A DNA stretch of 64,000 nucleotides. Source: Macrostomum lignano (lineage: Eukaryota). Positions 38,545 to 53,940 of the stretch are shown here, piece after piece. Where the stretch lies: the NCBI GenBank assembly GCA_002269645.1, contig NIVC01000827.1, positions 1 through 64,000 of the forward strand. The letters are read 5' to 3'. Every line of letters begins with the position of its first letter. Within the stretch, counting starts at the first letter, position 1. The position numbers were made by a program, and so were the translations under genes. A model generated the notes under the pieces. It was not told where the DNA came from, did no database searches, and was given only the letters and a program-made list of their open reading frames with translations.

Positions 38545-39313
38545 TAGCTTTTTGCAGTTTATTTGGGCTTACGCGCATTTAATTTAATCCAAGATACATT
38601 TGCCAATGTAACAGAGCTTATTGTCTATGGTAGAAAGGCTGCCACAGCGGCATTTAATTTAGTCCAACAAGCATCAATTTGGTCCAAATGCTTGTGAGCC
38701 AATGGCAAACTCTTGCCTTCTCGCAACCGCCTAAGGTTTGTTGCGCACCGCTGGAATGTCAGCGTCTGTACCAGCAGTTTTCAGTCGCTTTTCCAGAGCT
38801 CTGCTGATAGTCCAAATCTGATAACCAACTGGAACTTTTCCTTCAACTTCTGCTGCATTTTCTGCTCCGTCAACAAAGGGTTCGTCTCAATTGCATTAAG
38901 TAGCAGTTGGAACTGAGTCTCTAGCAACTTGCCTTGGCGATTGCCACCTTTCACAGGCGACCTATGCCAGAAGTGGTTTCAACACGCTGATGGATGCTGT
39001 AAACCATCTTTCTTCTACAATATATTCAGCAACCTTGCAATGTCCTTTGGGTGTTCACCTCTGTTGATTGCTTTGACCACAAGCCAGTGGCATTCGTTCG
39101 ACGACCTAGCATGGTTCACAATTATGGAGCTGATCTAGCTCCTCCGCAACAGTTGCAAATGAAGCTATGGACCAAATTGATGCTTGTTGGACTAAATTAA
39201 GTGCCGCTGTGCCAGCCTTTCTACCATAGACAATAAGCTTGCCTAATATACTTAGGCAAATCAATTTGGATTAAATTAAATGCACGTAAGCCCAAATGGG
39301 CTGCAAAAAGCTA
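38545..39313 (-). mobile_element. Tc1/mariner (IS630-like) internal-deletion derivative with ~150-bp TIRs
   Basis: Inverted repeats 38542-38690 and 39165-39316 (TAGCTTTTTGCAG...), flanked by TA. The - strand interior encodes a decayed transposase N-terminal HTH region (RGEHPKDIARLLNI...GGNRQGKLLETQFQLLLNAIETNP...QKLKEKFQL). Confidence 0.75.
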
Positions 39314-39895
39314 TATCATTCAATGAAAATTTCAAAATTTCAAAGTTATAGGTATACTTTTCAGCTTCAATGCAGACTCCAATTGCCGACCATCTGCTTT
39401 GCCTCTACAACGCGGCTATTTTCGAAGAGAAGCCTATACTATTCCCTCAAGAATTTTCATTCATCCCCAAGCATTCTGCAGTTCTCTCGGCTGGCTCCTC
39501 AGTCTCAGCAAACTTGCAATGATCCTTTCAACAATTTAAAACATTTCTCAGCATTTAGTACGACTTATTAATCAGTGTTCGATACATATCGGCGGACTTT
39601 TGCACAACTCAGGATTTAGCTGTGCCTATGCCTTCAGCAGTTTAGCAGCATTGTCTGCATTTTAGCACTTTCATACTTTAAATGGAGCTAGGCAACACCC
39701 ATTGATGAGATCAGCCAGACTTGAAGCAGTTTTACAAATCAAATTTGCTTAGTGGCTTGTGCCGATTAGCAAAAATAATTCATTTCTTTACTTAATAAAA
39801 AATTTCCATCGCTATTAATCAATATTAATCGAAAGATGTTCTAATTAGTCGATGCAGAATTTAGAAAAAAATAAATTCATGCAATTTAAATTGTT

Positions 39896-39968
39896 CGCAG
39901 CGAGGTGGACTCGAACCTGGGACCTTACGCCTAGCCTAAACCTAGTGCCTACATGCGGCTACTCCGCC
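39896..39968 (-). other. tRNA-derived Pol III promoter-like segment inside element C
   Basis: On -: GCGGAGTAGCCGCATGTAGG...CCCAGGTTCGAGTCCACCTCGC; B-box GGTTCGAGTCC; stems degenerate. Confidence 0.5.
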
Positions 39969-40470
39969 TATTGATGGAAAAGCGAGAAAATCAGCCATAT
40001 AAGCTTCGACACTGCAGTCAAATACATAGCAGTGATGGGCTGCTCAGTGCGCAGGCAGAGCCAATGCACAGTTGAGTGAAATCTATAAATAGCAATTGTC
40101 TATGCAGTCCGCCATTCAGCTAGGGTCAGAGGAATGTACACACAGCCACTGAGCATTTTTTCTCTCCCTTGCACACTGTAGCCAGTATTGAAACTTAGAG
40201 AAAAAAGTTATGGCGCAATCTCAATTGGAGTTTCAATTCAGTCAGTCGAGATTTTGACCTTTTCTAGCCTCCCATTAAAAGCATAGGGAAAACTCGTTTT
40301 TCGAATATTTAATCCACTTAGCACGGAAGCAAATATTTGAAAATTTTTAGGTACAATCCTTGAAAAATTTTGCAGGTTTAGAAAAATACGCGATCAAATT
40401 CGGTTGAGGCATTCAGTATTAAATGCGTCATTCACAAACAAACAAAGGTAGGACTTTTAGTATATTAGAA

Positions 40471-40582
40471 GTTTGTTTGTTTGTTAGTTAGTTAGTTTGT
40501 TAGTTAGTTAGTTAGTTTGTTTGTTTGTTTGTTTGTTTGTTAGTTTGTTTGTTTGTTTGTTCGTGTGTGAGTTAGTTAGTTA
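40471..40582. repeat. mixed (GTTT)/(GTTA)n microsatellite
   Basis: Direct reading; flanks the right end of the Helitron block. Confidence 0.9.
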
Positions 40583-41552
40583 TAAGTATTTATAAGGAGG
40601 GTTTGCCACCCTGGCGCAACGCCTCTGACGACATCGTCCCAGAGTCAGAGCCCAGGCAATTCTGCCCGCTCCCCTGACTCCTGAGCACATCACGCAAAGC
40701 ACCAGTCTATACATTTAGCCTACTGAATGAATTACTTTGGCCGTCTGATAAACTACTACTGATGACAACTGAGTTAGTAGTGAGTTTGAGTTTTAAAGCT
40801 CGAAAACGGAAAACAGATTTAAAGGGGGGCAATCCAGCTGCCCCTTTGTCTGACAGTGCCTTGTATAAAATTAAAATTGCACACCTTCGAAAAATAGATT
40901 AGTAAAGTACGCCAAGGAGGGTTGCACACACTGGAATTATCATAAAGCTGGGAATTATGTAATGATCCGACCCCAATTAGCAATTAGGACGTTAGATTCG
41001 GTGCTACAATAACGGACGCGTATCTTTTTATGTCGCGCGTTAGTTAGTTGGTTAGTTCCGACACGCAGTCTCAGAGCAAAAATGGCAGCAGCTTCAAACG
41101 CAACTTCAGTGTCATTTGAAAGCGGCACATTTGTTTTTCAAGTCAACATAATCTCGTGTATTTTGGTCATAAAAACTGATTACTGATAGATTTTTTATGA
41201 CAATGACAACCAATATAATAAGTGACGGTTTGTTTTTTTCAGAAACAATTTTTTTCTCTTTTATTTTCATGAAGCCTTCCAGGCAGCCTTCTCAAGAGAG
41301 TCTTCACCTGTAGCAACACACATCTCCCATTGCTGGAGAATCAGAATATCATTGTCTTGAAAAACCATGGGAGAGCCTGCGCTGGACCTTGTCTTCCCAA
41401 TGCTCCCACACGATGCATAGGAAGGGGGTGATGGGCGAGTCGTCTGCTTCCATAGAAACCTATCCTGGATTACCATGCAAGAATTAAAATGCGACTCAAC
41501 GGGAAATAAAAAAACACATGGTGGGAAACTGCCGAGTTCCCCGCATTCAACT

Positions 41553-42250
41553 CAAGGACGACTCAAGTAGAAGGACGGGAAACCTCGTTTCTTAGAAAAT
41601 TTTTGAAGGCACTTTTTCCCGAAAAAATACACTACGGAGATAGGAAATTTTCATTTTTTCAGCACAAAAATTGCTATTACTTTTGATAGGAGGCAGATCC
41701 AGTGTTTATCTTTTGATATGTTGTGCCTTTTTTATTGCTCTATCGATACTTATAAAGCTTTCCGTTCAGAAGATTAGGATTCTATGTTAATTTTTTATTC
41801 TACGGATATTTCCTGTACCTGAAAATTACAAAAATGCATGACACAGCTCCAATATTTGGTTTTAGGAATCTATTTTATCATCTCTGTTACGAATATTTGC
41901 TACACAGTCAGTTAAGAATGACAAAATAGACTCATAAAACCAAAGAGCTGAGCCGTGGCATTTTAATGTATTTCAAGCACAAGACGCGTGAAGATATACG
42001 TAGAATAAAAAATTAACATAGAAAGCTAATTTTCTGAACGAAAAAATTTATAAATATCGATAGAGCAATAAAAAAGGCACAACATATCAAAAGATGAACA
42101 CTGAATCTGCTTCCTATCAAAAGTAATAGCAATTTTTGTGCTGAAAAAATGAAAATTTCCTATCTCCGTAGTGTATTTTTTCGGGAAAAAGTGCCTTCAA
42201 AAATTTTCTAAGAAACGAGGTTTCCCATCCTTCTACTTAAGTCGTCCTTG
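41553..42250. mobile_element. 698-bp MITE with ~250-bp TIRs and 8-bp TSD (P or hAT superfamily)
   Basis: Ends CAAGGACGAC...GTCGTCCTTG; TSD ATTCAACT at 41545-41552 and 42251-42258; inverted arms ~41553-41805 and ~41999-42250. Confidence 0.88.
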
Positions 42251-42534
42251 ATTCAACTACTGGCGAGACAAAAGAAAGTTTTAGACTGGTTTAGACTGAA
42301 GCGAGGAGCCTGTGGGCCGAAGTTAATCCTGAGGAGCACAGCGGGAAACTCCAGCCTTCTCCATCTTCCGGATTGATGCAGCCAACAACAATCGCGGCGT
42401 CCGCCACGAAGTGTTTTGCAATTTTTCTAAACAGGAGCTGCCATAAAATGAAAAAAAACTTTGCAGATCTCAGGTCTTGCGATTTTTATGACATCCCTGC
42501 TATGCTCAGCAAGCCAGCTCACTAACTGCTCAGA

Positions 42535-43536
42535 ATGCACCAGGTAATTATGCTGCTGGCCGCGCTCGTCGTTACCGACTGTGCTGCAGCTTACACTGAG
42601 CGCAGGTGGTTTTTTAGTCGCGAGAGCCTCTCCGACTACGAGGCCGTGAGGTCGGTCTCAACTGAGTCTGAAATCGAGTGCTCAGCTGCTGCCAGCAGCG
42701 ACTCCGCTGTGCAGCTGGTGACGTTCAACGCCAGCTCCGGCCTGTGCGCTCACTTCAGGTGTCGCCTGGGCCTGAGCCACTGCAGGAAGTGCCGCAATGC
42801 GAACAAGGGAGCTCAGCGAGTGTGGGTGAGTCACTTTGTTAGACACGTCAGCATTACTACCACACTTTAACACAGAGTAGAAAAGCTGACAAACCTGTGT
42901 CACCTTGCAGACAGCCGGCAGTGACTGCTGGACCACCGTGCAGCACAGGGTGTCCGGCTCAGTGGACTTTTACCGTAACTGGACTCAGTACCAGAGCGAG
43001 TTCGGCGAGGGACCCGACGGAAACTACTGGATCGGTGAGTGGTGAATCCAAGATCTGCCTCATTCGCTTCCTTTTCGGTTGAGTCTGCTACGAGCTGTGC
43101 CCGATTTACAGGTCTGAACTCGCTTCACGAGCTTACGAGGTCTAAAAGCCGAAAAGTGAGGTTTTTGATCACTGATTGGGACAATTTGGAAACCTGGGCT
43201 GAGTACTCCAGCTTCTCAGTCGGTCCTGAGTCCGGCAAGTACCGGCTGAACGTGTCCGGCTTCTCGACCGGCAGTGCCAAAGTGGGCGACAGCTTCTCGG
43301 ACGGCAACGGCATGCAGTTCAGCACCAAGGACGCTGACAACGACATTTCCGGTTACAGCTGCGCCCAGGAATATTCTGGAGCATGGTGGTTCGCCGCCTG
43401 CTTTCTCGCCCATCCGAACGGACAGTACAAGAACTTCTCTGAGGCCATCGGAGGTCCGTACGCTCAGGGCATCATGTGGATTCATTTTTATGATGTTCAC
43501 TACTCGCTGAAGGAGTTCGAGATGATGGTACTGTGA
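42535..43536 (+). CDS. secreted fibrinogen-related protein with N-terminal PAN/apple-like segment; exons 42535-42825, 42911-43034, 43112-43536
   Basis: Signal peptide [13 protein letters not shown]...; FReD motifs [30 protein letters not shown]|[33 protein letters not shown]; GT-AG introns keep frame. Confidence 0.9.
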
Positions 43537-44108
43537 TTTTTTGTGGCAAATGGGACATAAATATTCGTTTGAAGGTTATCGAGGCATTCTGTCGAAGCTT
43601 TCATTGCCAATGAAAAAGCCAACAAAGAACTGAATAACTTCGGCAGTTTTATCACTATTTTGAATACTTTTCCTTCTCAATTCATAAGATCTCCGATACA
43701 CGTATAAGTAGTTCGTAGTAAACTGTCGAATGTTATTTGTGTTTTACTGGTCTGTAGTTTTCAGTTTAGTTAATACTTGTCGCCAATTAACTGCCTTCAT
43801 CTTCCCTTCGTATAGTGTTTTTCCTTTGTTTTTTATAACTATCCATGTTTATCACTCTAAATGAGGACAGGCACTTCTCTTGCTGTTGTATTTCTGCCCC
43901 CAAAGTCAGGCAATTCTTAATTAATTTTAATATGACCTGTTTTCGCAACTCTCCCAATAATGCTTATCACACGAATGCAGCAGCATACCTCTGAAACATG
44001 CGGAGAATTAGATGCTTGAGTTGAAAACGCTCTCGACATTAGAAGGCATTACAGAACTGACTGACAAACTAAGCACTAAGGTTAGTATCCCTAATTAACT
44101 GCCTTCAT

Positions 44109-44109
<1 letters not shown>

Positions 44110-44154
<45 letters not shown>

Positions 44155-44155
44155 C

Positions 44156-44249
<94 letters not shown>

Positions 44250-44250
44250 C

Positions 44251-44286
<36 letters not shown>

Positions 44287-44323
44287 TACTAACTAACTAA
44301 CCAACTAACTAACTAACTAACTT

Positions 44324-44389
<66 letters not shown>

Positions 44390-44415
44390 CAACTAACTAA
44401 CTAACTAACTAACTT

Positions 44416-44470
<55 letters not shown>

Positions 44471-44523
44471 TACTAACTAACTAACCAACTAACTAACTAA
44501 CTAACTTACTAACTAACTAACTA
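44110..44523 (+). repeat. (TAAC)n microsatellite
   Basis: Direct reading; left flank of the Penelope-like element. Confidence 0.97.
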
Positions 44524-46551
44524 ATTGAACCCGAATTCTTTTCACCCAAAGCACACATTCAAAGGCATCATGAAATCCCAGTTTCTCCGCTACGCTTGCC
44601 GCTGCACCTTCAAAGTGGACTTTGACAAGGCTTGCAGCAGCCTGATGAGCATCCTTTAAAAGCAGGGACACAGTCCGCTTGATCCGAGACGCTAAAAAGT
44701 CAGCTCTCATACAACTTGGATTTTACATAGATTTTCAGTGGGCTTTCGGCTTCCAAGACTGCAGAAACGGAGACTGTGCTGTATGCCGACGACACGGCTG
44801 CTTTGGCCAAATTTGTCCCGGTTCCACAGCAACTAAAATGGCCTACAGAATTTGTCAGAAGGTCCGCTGTGATTCCAGGTGCGCGGTCTACGCAATTCTT
44901 TGCAACACCTGCAATGGCCGTTGCATTTATGTCGGCGAAACAGGTGGAGCTATCAAGGTCAGACTCCAGGCCCACCTAAGTGACATTAAGCTCGCTAAGG
45001 ACACCCCTGTTAGCAGACATTTTTGCTCTTCGAATCACTGCCTCGACGATCTTCGCTTTATGGGGCTCTAGTATCTCAGCACCGAGAGCGAGACCAGCAA
45101 AGGAGCGCTACGCAGACGCAGGGTCATGGAACAGAAACTCATCTCCCTGCTGAGCACGCAGTCACCCGCAGGCCTCAATACAATTAACAGCAACACAAAA
45201 GCACTTGTATCCCAATAGTTATTCCTTTTACGGATAGATCGACTAATATTGTACACGAAATTCGCACTGTTCTCTCAAACCATGCACATGGGTTGGACAC
45301 TTTTGCTGCGTACACTCGAGCACCCTCTCTAAAGGACATTCTTTGCCCCTCAAAACTGCCTGCCCTCACTGATGGTATTGATTAAACTTTCAGAGTGAGC
45401 ACTATTGAGCAACGTGCGACGGAGGCGCTATTTGATTTTATAAACTAACTCACAATACATTTTATTTCCCACTTACCATATGAACTTCGTTCCATTTTAT
45501 AGCACAATTATACTATTGTAAAACCCTGACGAAGGCCATTTCACGGCCGAAATATCGGTTTACCATAATTCTTATATTTTTTTACCTTTGTGACTATCTT
45601 ATTTATTTCTCACTTACCTTGATTAGAACTGCCACTGCGTGAGAGGTTTTTTCAAACGTCTATCTACTCCCTGGACCAGTCAGCTCTCTCTTTGGCTATT
45701 CTAGAATGCCGAGAAGCAGCCGCACATGGCACAATTCTGAAAGAAAACCTGCCGAGCGAAATAACCGACAACATCAAAACACCCGCACTGGAGGGCATCA
45801 ACACTGCTCACGGCCAGACCACAGGCCTCCAGACGCTGCTAGATGGGCGCACCAACAACGGGAAAAGTCCTGGAACGATCGCCGGAACCGCGGCGTACCT
45901 TACCGTGCTCAGGGTGAGGCTCGAGGTAACAACTTTAAATCTCACCGCAACGACAACGAACCTCGACGAACTATGAAACACAATGACGAGCGACGTGATT
46001 CTCGAAGAAAAGATGCTGACCCTCGCGCCCACGCCGCAGTGGCTCTACCGAATGACGCGTCTCAACTCGCTCTCCTGTCTAAGAAACTCTTTCGGGCTGC
46101 CCACCACTTGAATAACTGGCGCAATGTGCCGACAAGTGTACATAAAAAGCTGAACAGCTAGAATCCTTCATCCGACCGGCTATGCCTACCGACGGAACCA
46201 TCAAACGAGATAAGGAGAACGCGGAGGCCTGGGAAACTAGCACACAGGACACGATGGAGGGCCACTACCAGCTTTGCATGATCAACACTGCGGACGAATT
46301 GCTAGAGGCCTCCGGCAACGTTGACCAAGACACACTGAGGACAGGCTGGCAGGTGGTTGAACCATCGACTGAAGGTACCTGGACTCGAGAACACTGGTGA
46401 GCTCCTCCATGCATGTACTTTTCTTACCGTAGGGCCACAAAACCCACAAAACACCCCCCATGGGACCAATGTTGTCACAGACATTCAGTCTTATACCCAG
46501 CATCCCATTGACTAACTAGGTCTACGTCTAGGTCCAGGTCTAGATCTAGGT

Positions 46552-46552
<1 letters not shown>
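44524..46552 (+). mobile_element. Penelope-like retroelement, partial tandem: ORF 3' part, pseudo-LTR, then 5' part of the next ORF copy
   Basis: RT thumb HPKHTFKGIMKSQFLRY (44543-); Cys linker CRNGDCAVC; GIY-YIG VYAILCNTC...IYVGETG...RLQAHLSDI...HF...GLN; hammerhead at 45518-45563; second ORF start at 45706 (KKLFRAAHHL...FIRPAMP...EGHY). Stops and frameshifts present; (TAAC)n on both sides. Confidence 0.85.
45518..45563 (+). ncRNA. minimal type I hammerhead ribozyme in the Penelope pseudo-LTR
   Basis: AAACC-CUGACGA-A-GGCC-auuucac-GGCC-GAAA-U-AUC-GGUUU. Stem I AAACC/GGUUU, stem II GGCC/GGCC, core CUGANGA and GAAA, AUC cleavage triplet at 45554-45556, palindromic AUAU in place of stem III. 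Confidence 0.85.
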
Positions 46553-50547
<3,995 letters not shown>

Positions 50548-51361
50548 TAACTAACACACTTCTCACACATCTCACACTTTAATGATCACCCAGTCCTATC
50601 ACTTGTATGTTCACTGTACGCTTGGGCAGAACTCATAAATACAGCTATCGACGCAACATATTCTCGCTTAAATCTCTTTCCCTCTTCTTTCCCTTCATTT
50701 CTATAGCTTGTGCCTTCAGCCTCCAATCGACAAGAAGAAAAGGTCCAGACATAGTTCCCTGTCTGGACTGGCTACTCCCACCTGTTCTGGGAGACATTTG
50801 CCTACGGCAACCGCCGCCTTCATCCCTACCAGAACAAAAAGTTTTTTTTGCTCGACGTACGCCCTTTTAATTCAAAATCACGAAAATATGCTTCATATTT
50901 CAATTTTATTTAAGTCTTCTCACCCTGAGAGTGCCCATTTTCCTGCCGCATTGATGTTTGTCTATGGCACAACCTCTATTTATCAATGGCTTGATCAGAG
51001 ACCCCGAACTTTCAGACCCACTCCCAGAACAGCCAGTGCTGTATCTCCAAATAAATTCCCGAACGTGCAGAGAAAAAGGCTAAGAAAAATCATTTTGTTC
51101 GTCATCATTTTAAGTGCAATCAGTTTTATTCATGCATCACTAAGGCAATTAATAATATCCATTTAAGTCAATGAGTTTCAATCAAACAGCTGGCAGTTTT
51201 CCTTTCCAAGCGTGTTTGATGGCATCTTCTTCAATCTGAAATTGTGGATTAATATTATCAAATTGTCATGCTAAGGGCAGAACAACTCCAAAAGTATCTG
51301 GGGCCGTGTATTGAAAATGATGATAAGAAATAGACGAAATTTAGGCGGGCATTAAGATGGC

Positions 51362-52008
51362 AGACGGACTGACATACAAGCAAGTATTGATGGAAGACAG
51401 ACTGACATGCAAGTATTGATGGCAGACAGACTGACATGCAGGCAAGTATTGATGGAAGACAGACTGACATGCAAGCAAGTATTGATGGCAGACAGAATGA
51501 CATGCAAGCTAGTATTGATGGAAGACAGACTGACATGCAGACAAGTATTGATGGAAGACAGACTGACATGCAGACAAGTATTGATGGAAGACAGACTGAC
51601 ATGCAGGCAAGTATTGATGGCAGACAGACTGACATGCAGGCAAGTATTGATGGCAGACAGACTGACATGCAAGCAAGTATTGATGGCAGACAGAATGACA
51701 TGCAAGCTAGTATTGATGGAAGACAGACTGACATGCAGACAAGTATTGATGGAAGACAGACTGACATGCAGACAAGTATTGATGGAAGACAGACTGACAT
51801 GCAGACAAGTATTGATGGAAGACAGACTGACATGCAGGCAAGTATTGATGGCAGACAGACTGACATGCAGGCAAGTATTGATGGCAGACAGACTGACATG
51901 CAAGCAAGTATTGATGGCAGACAGAATGACATGCAGGCAAGTATTGATGGAAGACAGACTGACATGCAGGCAAGTATTGATGGAAGACAGACTGACATGC
52001 AGGCAGGC
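51362..52008. repeat. 33-bp minisatellite
   Basis: GACATGCAGGCAAGTATTGATGG(A/C)AGACAGACT x~19. Confidence 0.95.
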
Positions 52009-52058
52009 AGAGATGAACTGTTGCCACAAAGCAGCGCAGAATCAACTTGGCTCACAGC

Positions 52059-52338
52059 TCATAGGCCTGTACTGTAGACTTCGTTTCTCCAATGTCCTCC
52101 GCAAGTATCTGAGTGGTCCCCATCACACGATAGTGAGCACTCGGAGTCTGCAGCACGGCCATACCGACCATATGAGTTGCCACAATGGCAGCAATCAATG
52201 GCCTGCAATCCTGCAAACCGGTACTTGTATGTTGTGCAGAGATACACGCAATTTGCTGTTTTCATATATTGTTGTTTCCATTCGTATCCGTTAAGATCTC
52301 TTTTAGGTCTTCCTTAAAGCAGCCGAGTCGCTTTGGGG
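52059..52338 (-). CDS. isolated WSC carbohydrate-binding domain exon (parent gene not resolved)
   Basis: After acceptor TTTTTACAG: RLGCFKEDL, then (one base missing in a 4-base A run near 52301-52304) RDLNGYEWKQQYMKTANCVYLC...FAGLQAIDCCHCGNSYGRYG...ECSLSCDGDHSDTCGGHWRNEVY; the 8-Cys WSC pattern. Confidence 0.7.
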
Positions 52339-52361
52339 CTGTAAAAATGAACATGAGAATC

Positions 52362-53298
52362 AGGGCACGGGAGTCAGGACACAGTAAAGAATGCTACGGC
52401 ATGAGAGTCAGGACACAGTAAAGAATGCTACGGCATGAGAGTTAGGACACAGTAAAGAATGCTACGGCACGGGAGTCAGGACACAGTAAAAAATACTACG
52501 GCACGGGAGTCAGGACACAGTAAAGAATACTACGGCATGGGAGTCAGGACACAGTAAAGAATGCTACGGCATGAGGGTCAGGACACAGTAAAGAATGCTA
52601 CGGCACGGGAGTCAGGACACAGTAAAGAATGCTACGGCACGGGAATCAGGACACAGTAAAGAATGCTACGGCACGGGAGTCAGGACACAGTAAAGAATGC
52701 TACGGCATGAGAGTTAGGACACAGTAAAGAATGCTACGGCACGGGAGTCAGGACACAGTAAAGAATACTACGGTACGGGAGTCAGGACACAGTAAATGCT
52801 ACGGCATGAGAGTTAGGACACAGTAAAGAATGCTACGGCATGAGAGTCAGGACACAGTAAAGAATGCTACGGCACGGGAGTCAGGACACAGTAAAGAATG
52901 CTACGGCATGAGAGTCAGAACACAGTAAAGAATGCTACAGCACGGGAGTCAGGACACAGTAAAGAATGCTACGGCACGGGAGTCAGGACACAGTAAATGC
53001 TACGGCATGAGAGTCAGGACAGTAAAGAATGCTACGGCACGGGAGTCAGGACACAGTAAAGAATGCTACGGCACGGGAGTCAGGACACAGTAAAGAATGC
53101 TACGGCACGGGAGTCAGGACACAGTAAAGAATACTACGGTACGGGAGTCAGGAAACAGTAAAGAATACTACGGCATGGGAGTCAGGACACAGTAAATGCT
53201 ACGGCATGAGAGTCAGGACACAGTAAAGAATGCTACGGCACGGGAGTCAGGACACAGTAAATGCTACGGCATGAGAGTTAGGACACAGTAAAGAATAC
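52362..53298. repeat. 34-bp minisatellite
   Basis: ACGGCACGGGAGTCAGGACACAGTAAAGAATGCT x~28. Confidence 0.95.
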
Positions 53299-53299
53299 T

Positions 53300-53940
53300 G
53301 AGATTTTCTGAGAATCTCTGAGAAATTTCTGGGGAATTTCTGGGGAATCTCTGGGGAATTTCTGAGATTTTTAAGGCTTACTGGGGGAATTGCTGAGATG
53401 TCAAGGCTTACTGGCCTGGGAGAATTGCGTAGATGTCAAGACTCAAGTTTAATTGCTGCGATGTCGATGCTTACTGAGGGAATTTCTGAGATGTCAAGGC
53501 CTACTGGGGGAATTGCTGAGATGTCAAGGCTCATGGGGATGGTTGAATTGTTGGGGGAGGGTGTTAGGTTGTTGAGCGATTGTCAGATCATCAAGTAGTG
53601 CGGCTCAAGTAGCTCATTTAATTCAGATAATGAAATAGTACACACAAGTGGTGTTGATTTCTGCTGATAGGAAATACCAGCGTATTTATTAAAGGTTTGA
53701 TTCTTTGAGTTAGGCTAATAAAGAGGGGGGGTCAAAGGCCGTCAGGGATTGACATATTGAGCTCCTGCTGCGGACCAGAATATGCCCAGGCCAATGACGA
53801 TATGCTCTAAGAGTTTGTGCTTGAAAAGATAAGCACTATTTGCTGATTAAAAAAGGGTTTTGGGCTACTGTTATGTCAAAATAAAAACCACTTGGTGTCA
53901 TTTTAAAGCCCCCCCCCCCAGCGGGGGGCTCAATGGCTAG
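53300..53940 (+). mobile_element. 3' part of a non-autonomous Helitron of the same family as 33497-37862
   Basis: CTGAGATGTCAAGGC subrepeats; AAAATAAAAACCACTTGGTGTCATT, C-run-AGC-GGGGGG hairpin and CTAG|T at 53937-53941. A 5'-type end TCGAATATACTAAAA follows at 53947. Confidence 0.65.

Larger units (their letters stand above)
37009..40469 (-). mobile_element. non-autonomous Helitron-like elements B and C (tandem, internally duplicated)
   Basis: Two 5'-type ends TCTAATATACTAAAAGTCCTACC at 37862 and 40469, each with ~140 bp shared terminal sequence. 3' end CCCCCC-AGC-GGGGGGG-CTAATGG-CTAG at 37035-37009. Duplicated CCCCAGATTAGCAC subrepeats; 37600-37720 duplicated at 39365-39485. Confidence 0.65.

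Noticed and set aside
42325-42355. Second hammerhead-like string CTGAGGA...GAAAC
   Set aside because: No closable stem II (a purine precedes GAAA) and no convincing stem I.
44630-45075. Selenocysteine recoding in the Penelope ORF, as in some Naiad elements
   Set aside because: The in-frame stops are TAA and TAG, not TGA, and the nuclease is not N-terminal.
50700-51170. Possible further exons on the - strand downstream of the WSC exon
   Set aside because: Some splice-like signals exist, but no frame gives a recognisable protein.
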